Part shown: piece by piece, positions 24,732 to 34,055 of the stretch | Layout: every line of letters begins with the position of its first letter | Position numbering within the stretch: the first letter of the stretch is position 1 | Assembly: GCA_040901675.1 (NCBI GenBank) | Contig: JBBDYJ010000031.1 | Coordinates: 57,220-121,219 of the forward strand | DNA length: 64,000 nt | Direction of reading: 5' to 3' | Origin: Pirellulales bacterium | Lineage (GTDB): Bacteria > Planctomycetota > Planctomycetia > Pirellulales > JAICIG01 | The notes under the pieces: model-generated | The model's database searches: none | Told to the model about the DNA's origin: nothing | What the model saw: the letters and a program-made list of their open reading frames with translations, nothing else | Program-made: the position numbers and the translations under genes

Positions 24732-27700
24732 ATGCCGCCGGCTCGCACCACCCGCCGCCGATCCGCGTTGCCCTGGCTGCGTTGCCGCTCCGTCCGCGGC
24801 GTGTTGCCGCTCGCCCTGGCCTGGCTCGCCTGGGGTAGCGGGACCGCCCTGGCCGAAGTCCGCCCCGCGCCGGCCGCCAGGGAAGCAAGCGGCGGTCCGC
24901 TCTTCTCCGACGATGAAAAAAGCTTCTGGGCCTTCCAGCCGCCCGTCAAGCCGGCCGGACTGCCCCAGGTCCGCGAGCCGGCCTGGGGCAAGTCGCCAAT
25001 CGACTACTTCGTGCTGGCCGGTTTGGAGCAGCACGGCCTCCGGCCCGCCCCGCCCGCCGACAAACGGACGTTGATCCGCCGGGCGACCTTCGACCTGGTC
25101 GGGCTGCCTCCGGATCAGGCCGACGTGGAAGCGTTCCTGGCCGACGACTCGCCCGAAGCGTTTCACAAGGTCATCGATCGGCTGCTCGCCTCGCCCCACT
25201 ATGGCGAGCGCTGGGGCCGCCACTGGCTCGACGTGGCCCGCTACGCCGACTCCAACGGGCTCGACGAAAACCTGGCCTACGTCAATGCCTGGCGATACCG
25301 CGACTACGTGGTGGCGGCCTTCAACAGCGACAAGCCGTACGACCAGTTCATCGTCGAACAACTGGCCGGCGACTTGCTGCCGTCGAGCGGCATTCCGGCG
25401 GTGGATCACCAGCGCCTCGTGGCAACCGGCTTTTTGACGCTGGGGGCCAAGATGCTGGCCGAGGACGATCCGGTCAAGATGGAAATGGACATCATCGACG
25501 AGCAGCTCGACACAATGGGCGGCGCGTTGCTGGGGCTGACGTTGGGCTGCGCTCGCTGCCACGACCACAAGTTCGACCCTCTGCCCACGTCGGACTACTA
25601 TTCGCTGGCGGGCATCTTCAAAAGCACCCAGACCATGGACAACTTCCGCGTGGTGGCCCAGTGGCACGAGCGGCCGCTGGCCTCGGCCGACGAAATTGCC
25701 AGCGTCGAGGCCCATCGTGGGCAGTTGAGTGCCAAGAAGTCCGAGCTCGACGGCCGCATCGACCAGGCCAACCAGGCGATTGTCGCAGACGCTCGCCGCC
25801 GGGCGGGCGACTATCTGCGCTCGGTGGCCCGCCTCGAACGCCAAGGCCAACGCCCGGGGCCCCGGCTGGCCGGAATGGGCCAAGAGCCACCAGAGGGAAC
25901 GCTGTTGTTCGAGGCCGAGAAGTTCGACCGCGGCAACGTGAAGATCGACTTTGAGACTTACGGCGCCATGATCGGCGTCGTTTATAACCAGGGACAATTG
26001 CCCAACGTGGCGGAATACGATTTCGAGCTCCCGGCCGCCGGCGTTTTCCAGGTCGAGCTTCGCTATGCGGCCGCCGAACCGCGGCCCGTGCAATTGCTGC
26101 TCGACGGCGTCGTCGTCCAGCCCGAGGCGGCCAACCAGGCGACCGGTTCGTGGCAGCCGGCCCAACAGGCCTGGTTCGCCGAAGCAGTTTGCCGCCTGCC
26201 GGCCGGCAAGCACACACTGCGGCTCCAGCGCGACGGGCCGTTTCCCCACTTCGATCGAGTGGCGCTGGTGCCGCTCGAAGACGGGGAAGCCGCTGCCCCG
26301 TACACGACGCCCGCCGAGCTGGCCCGCGAGCTGGGCTTGAATCACGCCGTCCTGGACCAGTGGTCGCAGTACCTGCTCGCCGTCCGGGGGGATCCCGCTT
26401 CCGCCTGGTCGATCTGGGCCGCCGCGGGCGGCCGCCACCCAGCATCCGCCGAGAAGCAAGGAACCGAGGCCATCCCCCTTGCCGTGGCCCTGCTCGCTGA
26501 CCCACAACCCCAGGGCGAAGAGGAGCTCGTCGAGCGCCTCGCGCGGTTGTTCGAGTCCGCCGAACAGGCGGTCGAGCAGCCCGCCGTCGGGCGGGCCGGA
26601 GAGACGAGCGAGAAGGAACCGGCCTTGACGGCCCCGGCGCTCCAGGCGCTGCGGCAGATCCTGCACGACCCTGCCGGCCCTTGCCGGCTGCCGGACAAGC
26701 CGGAACGATTCTATCCGGCCGACGTGGCCAAGGAGCTGGAGCTTCTGCGCGGCGAGCTGGCGGCGATCGAGCAGCAGGCGCCCCCGGAGCTTCCGGCCGC
26801 GATGGCCGTGGAAGAAGGCCAGCCCAATGATCTCCGCATTCACGTGCGTGGCAGCCACCTGGCCTTGGGCGCTGCGGTGCCTCGCCGCTTCCCGCGGATC
26901 CTGGCGGGCGAAGATCAGCCGCCCTTGCCATCCGACCGCAGCGGGCGGTTGGAGCTGGCCCGTTGGATCACCCAGCCCGGCCACCCGCTCACCAGCCGGG
27001 TGATGGTCAACCGTATCTGGCGAGGGCATTTTGGCGATGCGCTGGTCCGCACGCCGGACAATTTCGGCAGGCTCGGAGACCGTCCGGCAAACCCCGCCTG
27101 CGCCAGGCTGCTCGATTGGCTGGCGGTCCGGTTCGTCGAAGAGGGATGGTCGGTCAAGGCGATGCACAAGCTGATCATGCTCTCGTCGACCTACCAGATG
27201 AGCTCGGCGTACAACGAAAAGGCCGCCCAGGCCGACCCCGACAACCGGCTCCACTGGAGAATGAACCGGCGGCGCCTGGAGGCCGAGGCGATTCGCGATT
27301 CGATCCTGGCGGCCGGCGGCACGCTCGACCTCGCCATGGGCGGCTCGCTGTTGGGCGCCAAGCCGCGGGAGTATGTGGCGGGCACGGCCAGCGTGAACCT
27401 GGCCCGCTACGATAGCCAGCGCCGCAGCATCTATCTGCCGGTGATCCGCAGCGCCCTGTACGAGGTCTTCCAGGCCTTCGACTTCGCCGAACCGAGCGTG
27501 CTCAACGGCAACCGGGCCAGCACCACGGTGGCTCCACAGGCCCTGTTCATGATGAACAGCGGCCTGGTCGACGATGCCACCCACAAGATGGCGGCCGGCC
27601 TGCTCGCCCGACACGACTTGGACGACGCCGGCCGGGTCGAGTCGCTTTACCAGCGCGCCCTGAGCCGGCCCGCGCGCCCCGACGAGGTTCAGCGCGGACT

Positions 27701-27827
27701 ACAGTTCGTCGAGCGCGTCCAGGCCGCTCTCGCCGTCGAGACCGATGAGCTGCAGCGGCGATTGCACGCTTGGCAAAGCCTCTGTCGCGTCGTTATGTCT
27801 ACCAACGAATTCATCTACATCGAATGA
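24732..27827 (+). CDS. DUF1549/DUF1553 (PSCyt2/PSD1) protein with inserted CBM6/35-like domain
   Basis: WAFQPP, YGERWGRHWLDVARYADS, CARCHDHKFDP, VMVNRIW, PQALFMMN. Confidence 0.92.
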   Translation: MPPARTTRRRSALPWLRCRSVRGVLPLALAWLAWGSGTALAEVRPAPAAREASGGPLFSDDEKSFWAFQPPVKPAGLPQVREPAWGKSPIDYFVLAGLEQHGLRPAPPADKRTLIRRATFDLVGLPPDQADVEAFLADDSPEAFHKVIDRLLASPHYGERWGRHWLDVARYADSNGLDENLAYVNAWRYRDYVVAAFNSDKPYDQFIVEQLAGDLLPSSGIPAVDHQRLVATGFLTLGAKMLAEDDPVKMEMDIIDEQLDTMGGALLGLTLGCARCHDHKFDPLPTSDYYSLAGIFKSTQTMDNFRVVAQWHERPLASADEIASVEAHRGQLSAKKSELDGRIDQANQAIVADARRRAGDYLRSVARLERQGQRPGPRLAGMGQEPPEGTLLFEAEKFDRGNVKIDFETYGAMIGVVYNQGQLPNVAEYDFELPAAGVFQVELRYAAAEPRPVQLLLDGVVVQPEAANQATGSWQPAQQAWFAEAVCRLPAGKHTLRLQRDGPFPHFDRVALVPLEDGEAAAPYTTPAELARELGLNHAVLDQWSQYLLAVRGDPASAWSIWAAAGGRHPASAEKQGTEAIPLAVALLADPQPQGEEELVERLARLFESAEQAVEQPAVGRAGETSEKEPALTAPALQALRQILHDPAGPCRLPDKPERFYPADVAKELELLRGELAAIEQQAPPELPAAMAVEEGQPNDLRIHVRGSHLALGAAVPRRFPRILAGEDQPPLPSDRSGRLELARWITQPGHPLTSRVMVNRIWRGHFGDALVRTPDNFGRLGDRPANPACARLLDWLAVRFVEEGWSVKAMHKLIMLSSTYQMSSAYNEKAAQADPDNRLHWRMNRRRLEAEAIRDSILAAGGTLDLAMGGSLLGAKPREYVAGTASVNLARYDSQRRSIYLPVIRSALYEVFQAFDFAEPSVLNGNRASTTVAPQALFMMNSGLVDDATHKMAAGLLARHDLDDAGRVESLYQRALSRPARPDEVQRGLQFVERVQAALAVETDELQRRLHAWQSLCRVVMSTNEFIYIE

Positions 27828-27846
27828 CCCTGCCACGCGTGTCACC

Positions 27847-29283
27847 ATGAGCTGCAGTTGCCATCGATTCACTCCGGTGTTCACCCGCCGCGACATGCTG
27901 CGCACTTCGGCCGCCGGCTTTGGCGGCCTGGCGCTGGCCGGGCTGTTGGCCGAAGAGACACGCGCGGCCGGGGCGGCCGCCGGCGAAGACCCGCTCGCCC
28001 CGCGGGCCCCGCACTTCGTTCCACGGGCCCGCCGGGTGATCTTCTTGTTCATGCACGGCGGACCGTCGCAGGTCGACACCTTCGACTACAAGCCGCTTTT
28101 GAAGCGCGACCACGGCAAGCCCCTGCCTTTCGACAAGCCGAGAGTGGTCTCCAGCGAAACCGGTAACCTTCTGCAAAGCCCCTGGCGTTTCAGCCGGCAT
28201 GGTCAATGCGGCACGTGGGCCAGCGAGCTGTTCCCGCACGTGGCCGGCATGGCCGACGATCTGTGCATGATCAACTCCATGCACGGCTCGAACTCGCGGC
28301 ACGGCGGCGCGCTGTTGGAGCTGCACACCGGCAGCGATACTTTCGTGCGGCCCAGCATGGGCTCGTGGATCACTTACGGGCTGGGGACCGAAAACCAGGA
28401 CCTGCCCGGCTTCGTCACGATCTGTCCCACGCTGACGCACGGCGGCGTGAACAACTACAGCTCCGCCTTTTTGCCCGCGGTCTACCATGGCACGCCCTTG
28501 GGCAACGCCAGTGTGCCTGCCGAGCAGGCCAGAATCCCCTTCATCACCGCGGCCGGCGGCAGCCGCGGCGTCCAGCGGATGGAGCTCGACCTCGTGCGCC
28601 AGATCAACCGGGAGCAGCTCGCCACGACCGGCCCCGACGCGGCCCTGGAAGGGCGGATCGATGCGTTCGAGCTGGCCTTCCGCATGCAGGCGGCCGCCCC
28701 CGAGTTGCAGGACATCTCGGACGAGACGGCGGCCACCTTGAAGCTGTACGGCCTGGACAACGACAAGACCCGCAACTTCGGCCGGCAGTGTCTGATGGCC
28801 CGCCGTTTCGCCGAGCGTGGCGTGCGTTTTATCCAGGTGACGCACAGCTACAAGTGGGACCAGCACGGCGACCTGCGGCGCGACCACGCCTCCAACGCCC
28901 TGGAAGTCGACTTGCCGATCGCCGGCTTGCTCAAGGATCTCAAGTCGCGCGGATTGCTGGCCGAAACGCTCGTGCTCTGGGGAGGCGAGTTCGGCCGCAC
29001 GCCGACGGCGCAGGGCAACGACGGGCGCGACCACAATCCGCACGGTTTTTCGATGTGGCTGGCCGGCGGCGGAGTGAAGCCCGGCTTCCAGTACGGCGCC
29101 ACCGACGACTACGGCTACTATGCCGTCCGGGACAAGGTCCACTTCCACGACTTGCACGCCACGATGCTGCACCTGCTGGGGCTCGACCACACCCGGCTGA
29201 CCTACCGGCACGCCGGCCGCGACTTCCGCCTGACCGACGTCCACGGCCGCATCGTCGACGAGATCATCGACGCGCCTGCATAG
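27847..29283 (+). CDS. DUF1501 family protein (Tat signal)
   Basis: TRRDML, FMHGGPSQVDTFDYKP, WGGEFGRTP, GRDHNP, GRDFRLTDVHG. Confidence 0.95.
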   Translation: MSCSCHRFTPVFTRRDMLRTSAAGFGGLALAGLLAEETRAAGAAAGEDPLAPRAPHFVPRARRVIFLFMHGGPSQVDTFDYKPLLKRDHGKPLPFDKPRVVSSETGNLLQSPWRFSRHGQCGTWASELFPHVAGMADDLCMINSMHGSNSRHGGALLELHTGSDTFVRPSMGSWITYGLGTENQDLPGFVTICPTLTHGGVNNYSSAFLPAVYHGTPLGNASVPAEQARIPFITAAGGSRGVQRMELDLVRQINREQLATTGPDAALEGRIDAFELAFRMQAAAPELQDISDETAATLKLYGLDNDKTRNFGRQCLMARRFAERGVRFIQVTHSYKWDQHGDLRRDHASNALEVDLPIAGLLKDLKSRGLLAETLVLWGGEFGRTPTAQGNDGRDHNPHGFSMWLAGGGVKPGFQYGATDDYGYYAVRDKVHFHDLHATMLHLLGLDHTRLTYRHAGRDFRLTDVHGRIVDEIIDAPA

Positions 29284-29461
29284 GTGCGCGGTGTGAGTAC
29301 GCTTAGCCTTCTCGTCTCAAGTCGCCCGGCATGTTCTACCGATCAGGTAAGAGATAGCGGATACGGCGGTTCTTCCGTCGCTTCGCCCAGATCACCGAGA
29401 CTACCCAGCGTTGCCCTCCTGCGCCGCTAAAATCTCCAAGCAACTTCCAAGAGCCGTCTCC

Positions 29462-30295
29462 ATGTACCAGACCTACTGGGGCTTGCGTGCAAACCCCTTC
29501 GGCAATCGCCTCGACCCGGACCATTATTATCCGGCGCCGACGCACGACGAAGCGCTGGCCCGGCTCGACTACCTGGTCGACAGCCAGCGGCGGCTGGGCC
29601 TCGTGATTGGCCCGGCCGGCTGCGGCAAGTCGTATGTGCTCGAGGTTCTGGCGCGGCAGCTCGCCCGCAAGGCGGTCTGCCTCAGTCGTCTCAGCTTGTT
29701 GGGCATCGAGCCGGCGGAAATGCTCTGGCGAATTGCCGCTCAGTGGGGACTCGACCCCCGTCCCTCCGACACGCCGTATGACTGCTGGCGCGCACTGGGC
29801 CAGCGCCTCATCGAGCACCGTTGGCAAGGCATTCGATCGCTGCTGCTGCTCGACGACGCGGGTCAGGCCGCTCCCGAGCTGCTCTGGCAGGTCTGCCGGC
29901 TGGTGCGCTCCGCCCAGGTCGATCGCGCCGGCTTGACCATCGTGCTGGCGTCCCGGCCCAAGGAGGTCAAGCGCCTGGGAGCCCGCTTGCTGGAGCTGGC
30001 CGAGTTGCGGATCGAAGTCGAACCTTGGGATCTGACCGATACGGCGGCCTATCTCGACCATGCCCTGGCCAGGGCCGGTCGGGCCGAGCCGATCTTCGAT
30101 GCCGACGCGGTTGTGCGGCTGCACGAACTGTCCGCCGGGGCTGTCCGGCGTATCGAGCTCTTGGCCGATCTGGCCCTGCTGGCGGCGGCCGGCCGCGGGC
30201 TGCCCGGAGTCGATGCCGACACCATCCAGGGCGTCTACGAGGAGCTGGGCTTCATGGACCAGGCGATCCAGATCGGCCGCTCCGCCCTCCGTTGA
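29462..30295 (+). CDS. ExeA/GspA-family AAA ATPase
   Basis: MYQTYWGLRANPF, HDEALARL, Walker A GPAGCGKS, Walker B LLLLDDA. Confidence 0.85.
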   Translation: MYQTYWGLRANPFGNRLDPDHYYPAPTHDEALARLDYLVDSQRRLGLVIGPAGCGKSYVLEVLARQLARKAVCLSRLSLLGIEPAEMLWRIAAQWGLDPRPSDTPYDCWRALGQRLIEHRWQGIRSLLLLDDAGQAAPELLWQVCRLVRSAQVDRAGLTIVLASRPKEVKRLGARLLELAELRIEVEPWDLTDTAAYLDHALARAGRAEPIFDADAVVRLHELSAGAVRRIELLADLALLAAAGRGLPGVDADTIQGVYEELGFMDQAIQIGRSALR

Positions 30296-30544
30296 CCGAA
30301 ATCCTGCCCCGTATCCGTTCAGCGCTCACCTCGGCCGGTGTCCGCCCCCGGCTTCTCCGGACGGCCAAGATCGGCCATCCTGCGGCGAAGTACCATGGCC
30401 CGGCCCCTCACCTGCTCTGGTAATGTTCCAGGTGGACATTAGAATTACTTGGTTCAGCCGCAGCCGCGAGTCTTGGTCCATGGCCGCGGGCACGTCGGGT
30501 GTGCCGTCGCCGTCTTTGCCGTCTTCGTGGTTTGTTGAGGGAGC

Positions 30545-31207
30545 ATGGCCAAATCATCGAACCCCGCCGAGTCAGCCGCCCAGGGTGCACGTGCCATTGA
30601 CGGCGCGCCGGCGGCGCTGCCGGAGGTCGAGCTCAAGGACCCGGTAATGGCCGTGGCGCTGGCATGGCTGATTCCCGGCCTGGGCCATTGGTACCAGGGC
30701 CGCCGCAGCAAGGCGTTGTTGTTCTTCGTCTGCATCATGGGCACGTTCATCTACGGGCTGTACCTGGGCGAGGGGCGGGTGGTGTATGCCTCGTGGCGGC
30801 CCAACGACAAGCGGCTCCCCTTCTTGTGCCAGATGGGCGTCGGTGTGCCGGCGATCACTGCCGTCGTGCAGGCCCGCCGCGACAACCCCATTCCGTTCCC
30901 CGGTCACTTCATGGTCCCTCCCAAGATCGACGAAGACCGCCAGTTCGGGGCGGGAGACGAGCTCGACCAGCTCCAGAAACGGCTGCACCGCTTTTGGGAG
31001 TTGGGCACCGTCTACACTATGATTGCCGGCCTGCTGAACATCCTGGCGATGTACGACGCCTGGGGAGGGCCGGCCTTCGTCGTTCCTCCGCAGAAGGCGA
31101 AGAAGGACGACGAACCGGAGCCTGGCGACGCGGGGCAATCGGGCGCGGCAAAGCCCTCGGGGGGCGGTACAGGGGCCTCGGGAGGCGGTACGGGGGGTGG
31201 TGGATGA
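30545..31207 (+). CDS. Membrane protein, DUF6677-like
   Basis: LAWLIPGLGHWYQG ... GTVYTMIAGLLNILAMYDA. Confidence 0.8.
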   Translation: MAKSSNPAESAAQGARAIDGAPAALPEVELKDPVMAVALAWLIPGLGHWYQGRRSKALLFFVCIMGTFIYGLYLGEGRVVYASWRPNDKRLPFLCQMGVGVPAITAVVQARRDNPIPFPGHFMVPPKIDEDRQFGAGDELDQLQKRLHRFWELGTVYTMIAGLLNILAMYDAWGGPAFVVPPQKAKKDDEPEPGDAGQSGAAKPSGGGTGASGGGTGGGG

Positions 31208-31422
31208 TCGGCGACGCGCTGCTGCTGGGCCTGCTCTTGGCTCGGGTCAATCATCTCTGGTTTGCTTTGCCGTTGATCGTGGTCGTCAGCCTGGTTTACG
31301 CGGCCACGCGGCACGAGCAGATGGACCAGATCGGCATCGGCGCCCTGCGGATCGGCGCCTGGATTTCCGCCTTCATGCTGGTGGTCTTCGCCGTCCTCGT
31401 CCTCGTCTCCTCCCTCGTCTAA
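31204..31422 (+). CDS. Small membrane protein (72 aa)
   Basis: ATGA overlap with the upstream stop; LPLIVVVSLVYAATRHE plus a second TM segment. Confidence 0.75.
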   Translation: MIGDALLLGLLLARVNHLWFALPLIVVVSLVYAATRHEQMDQIGIGALRIGAWISAFMLVVFAVLVLVSSLV

Positions 31423-31450
31423 CATTGGCACCCGCCTGAAATTCCGCTCG

Positions 31451-32281
31451 ATGAAGAAAAGCGCCAGCCATCGTCCGGTCCACTTCCGGCTGCCGCTGCT
31501 GCCGGCTTGTTGCACTCTGCTTCTTTGGACCTGGGCAGCCGTTGTCGCAGGCGGAAACGACGAGCCGGACCGTCCCTGGCGTTCCTTGCCCCTGTTCAAC
31601 GACGGCAAAGTGGATCAGGACTGGATCCATGTCGGATGGGGCGGCTTTGTCGTTGATGGCGACAGTCTGCGCACGCAGTGTGACGAGAAGGGAATGGGCC
31701 TTCTCTTGTACAAGAAGGAGCAATTCGGCGACTGTCAGATCCGCGTCGTTTACAAATCGAAGGATGCCAAGTCCAATGCGGGCGTCTTCGTGCGGATTGA
31801 CAGCGGCATCCTGGAGCGAGTGAAAGACAAGCCTGCGGCCGTCCGCCGGAGCCAAGAGGGGGAACTTTCGAGTGAGTCGTTGAAGGCGTTGATGGAGAGC
31901 TCCCAGCAGGAACAAGGGCCCTGGTATGCGGTGCACCACGGCTACGAGGTCCAGATTTGCGACGAGAGCGACGAGTTCCACCGCACGGGGGCCATCTACT
32001 CGCTGGCGAAGGCCGCTCGCCTGTCCAACGAGCGGTCCAACGAATGGAGAACCATGGTCATCACGCTCGATGGAAACCTCGTGCGCGTCGACCTCGACGG
32101 ACAGCCCGTCACCACCTTCGACCCCGACGGCAACGACGTTCCCAGCGACCGAAGCTGGTATGAGCCCAAGCGGGAACCGAAAAGGCCAACGTCCGGATAC
32201 CTCGGCCTGCAGAATCACGATCCCGGCGACGTCGTCTATTTCAAGGAGGTCAGCGTCCGGCCGCTGCGCGACGCGCCGTGA
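31451..32281 (+). CDS. DUF1080 (3-keto-disaccharide hydrolase family) exported protein
   Basis: LPLFNDG, NAGVFVR, GYEVQI, TGAIY, GYLGLQNH..VYFKEV. Confidence 0.9.
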   Translation: MKKSASHRPVHFRLPLLPACCTLLLWTWAAVVAGGNDEPDRPWRSLPLFNDGKVDQDWIHVGWGGFVVDGDSLRTQCDEKGMGLLLYKKEQFGDCQIRVVYKSKDAKSNAGVFVRIDSGILERVKDKPAAVRRSQEGELSSESLKALMESSQQEQGPWYAVHHGYEVQICDESDEFHRTGAIYSLAKAARLSNERSNEWRTMVITLDGNLVRVDLDGQPVTTFDPDGNDVPSDRSWYEPKREPKRPTSGYLGLQNHDPGDVVYFKEVSVRPLRDAP

Positions 32282-32287
32282 GGGCCG

Positions 32288-32757
32288 TCACGCGCCCTCT
32301 TCATCCATCCCTCGAGCCTGAGCGGCCGCCCCCAGATCGCCAATCCCCTCGTAGGCCACCGCCAGAATCAGCAACCGCTTAAACGTCCCGGCCGCCTCGG
32401 CGGCCTGCCCCTGCTGCAACTGCGTCGTCCCCAACCGAAACAGCAGCTCCGCGTCGTCCGGGAATTTTTCCAACCCCTCCCGGCCCCGCCCGGCCCTCTC
32501 CGTCTCCCCTTGTCGCCTTGTCGTGTCTGGCCTGCCTCGCCTCATCGCCCCCTCGCCTCATCGGTCTCCCTCCCTCCGGCGGAATCTCTTTTGTCCCACG
32601 GGCCGTAGGCCGCACGTGCGTTGCCAGGTCCCCTTGTCGCCTTGTCGCCTTGTCCCCTGGTCGCATGTTTGCCCGGCGTGCACCACGAACGAGTCGGTGA
32701 ACACGACCTGGCCGCCGGCGCGGTTGATGGCCGGCATGATCTGCTCGTGCACGCGGT
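32288..32757 (-). pseudogene. GT2 glycosyltransferase-TPR remnant interrupted by octamer-repeat DNA
   Basis: RVHEQIMPAI...VVHAG (GT2) and GREGLEKFPDDAELLFRLG (TPR) in different frames, separated by CCTTGTCG repeats. Confidence 0.65.
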
Positions 32758-32864
32758 GACGTCCGATTGCCAAGCGGGTCGACACTCGCGACGCGATGGC
32801 TATCGGAATTCCATACGGGCGTCCAAACCTTGCCGAGCGGGTTTTTCAAAGTCACCTGCTCGTA
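32758..32864 (-). pseudogene. Rhs/YD-repeat fragment
   Basis: QVTLKNPLGKVWTPVWNSDSHRVASVDPLGNRTS. Confidence 0.65.
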
Positions 32865-32874
32865 GATTGGTAGA

Positions 32875-33015
32875 TTCAACGTGCCGCTGGACGTGCGGCT
32901 CGAAGGCACCGAGGTCGAAAAGGGGTGCAAGATCCTTTCCGCCAGCGAGCTGGACATCATTTCTGCCCAGGACCTCACCCACGCCGCCCAAAAAGTTGTC
33001 TCCGCCGCCGCTTGA
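32875..33015 (+). pseudogene. sucC: 3' end fragment of succinyl-CoA synthetase beta subunit
   Basis: [46 protein letters not shown] matches the SucC C-terminus (VRLEGT motif); no upstream part present. Confidence 0.85.
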
Positions 33016-33030
33016 TCCACAGTTGGTCGG

Positions 33031-33090
33031 CAGCAATGAGCTGCGTCCCCTTTCCGCCCCAGCAATGAGCTGCGTCCCCTTTCCGCCCCT
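33031..33090 (+). repeat. Tandem duplicated REP-like motif CAGCAATGAGCTGCGTCCCCTTT(T)CCGCCCC
   Basis: Two near-identical ~30-bp copies. Confidence 0.85.
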
Positions 33091-33094
33091 GCAG

Positions 33095-33244
33095 TCATAT
33101 CCCCCATTTCCAAAACATGTAGAGGCGCACGGCAATAAAGCTCAGACTCGCGCCAAGACCTATCACAATAGCCAAACACCAAAGGCATCCTGCGGACACC
33201 CTAAGTCGTCTAACAGACTTGTCCAGGTCCCTTGGCGGCTGCAT
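33095..33244 (-). CDS. 49-aa single-TM protein, candidate immunity protein
   Basis: MQPPRDLDKSVRRLRVSAGCLWCLAIVIGLGASLSFIAVRLYMFWKWGI*; lower GC; too short for the supplied ORF track. Confidence 0.4.
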   Translation of the reverse strand: MQPPRDLDKSVRRLRVSAGCLWCLAIVIGLGASLSFIAVRLYMFWKWGI

Positions 33245-33314
33245 AGTCCGGCATCCCTAAAGCAGGGTCATTCTCGTGGGCATCTTGAAATAGCGGCTTT
33301 GGCCGGCTATTAGC

Positions 33315-33572
33315 TTAGGAGCGCGCTGGGTTAGGGGTACGAGGCCAAACCAATATCTTGCCGGGAGGCGGCGCAGGTATTGTCGGATCGTCGTCCCTCT
33401 TGTCGCGGGTTGCCTGCGTGCCCTCGTTGAGTTCCGCTTCTTCGGAACCTTCGGGGCACTCAAGGCACGTGTACTCGGGACCATATATCCAGTAGCCGGG
33501 ATTCCACCATGAGCGAGTGTACGTGACTTCCACCTTCGGGACTGTCTGGGTGCATACGTAGGCCCTACAGTA
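33315..33572 (-). pseudogene. Headless ORF, candidate polymorphic-toxin C-terminal fragment
   Basis: YCRAYVCTQTVPKVEVTYTRSWWNPGYWIYGPEYTCLECPEG...; lower GC; frame open up to the REP-like motif. Confidence 0.35.
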
Positions 33573-33610
33573 GGGGAAAAACGGGACAGGTCTTGGGACA
33601 GGTCTAATTT
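33573..33610 (-). repeat. REP-like motif AAATTAGACCTGTCCC with internal duplication
   Basis: GGGACAGGTCT occurs twice on the plus strand. Confidence 0.65.
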
Positions 33611-33697
33611 CCGGCGGGCCCAGTCACGCGGCACTACCAGCGGCCAGTCCGACAACCAGCGCCGCGCGTCCGCGGCCCCCTTGACGCGACGCCAGGC
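33611..33697 (-). mobile_element. Fragment of REP-associated tyrosine transposase (RAYT-like) C-terminal region
   Basis: AWRRVKGAADARRWLSDWPLVVPRDWARR resembles the W.R...LS.WP...P.DW segment of planctomycete RAYT-type transposases. Confidence 0.55.
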
Positions 33698-34007
33698 CGG
33701 CATGGTGGTCGTCCCAAGGGGATCGCGAGTCCCGGCCGGAGCATAGGCGGTCCAGGGCCAGCCGTCAAATAATCAAATAATCATGGGCGTCTTTGAATCC
33801 GTGTTGTTTCAGTATCACGCCGTACCATTCAACCGGCCCAGCCTGGACCAGTTCCGCACGCAGGTCGTCCGCAATTGGGAAACAATTCAAAATGCACTGG
33901 CCGGTACGTCGTGGTTTCCTCCAGGGGCGGACCTTCGGCCGCCCGGCGAGCTTGTCCTCCAGACGCGCCCCTGCAAGCACGCCCACCTGCCGCGCCGGAC
34001 AGGAGCC

Positions 34008-34042
34008 CCAAGACCTAAGCACCAAGACCCAAGAAGCAAAGC
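34008..34042. repeat. Heptamer tandem repeat CCAAGNN (~5 units)
   Basis: ccaagac ctaagca ccaagac ccaagaa gcaaagc. Confidence 0.7.
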
Positions 34043-34055
34043 CTCGATCGTCCAG

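Noticed and set aside
24460..24732. Integrative element at tRNA-Arg or tRNA-His
   Set aside because: No integrase and no duplicated tRNA 3' end seen in the window.
33031..33090. Mini-CRISPR
   Set aside because: Only two abutting copies, no spacer and no cas genes.
33765..34025. Lower-GC 86-aa ORF as a real gene
   Set aside because: Its N-terminus derives from heptamer repeats; only the 3' part looks coding and I cannot assign it.
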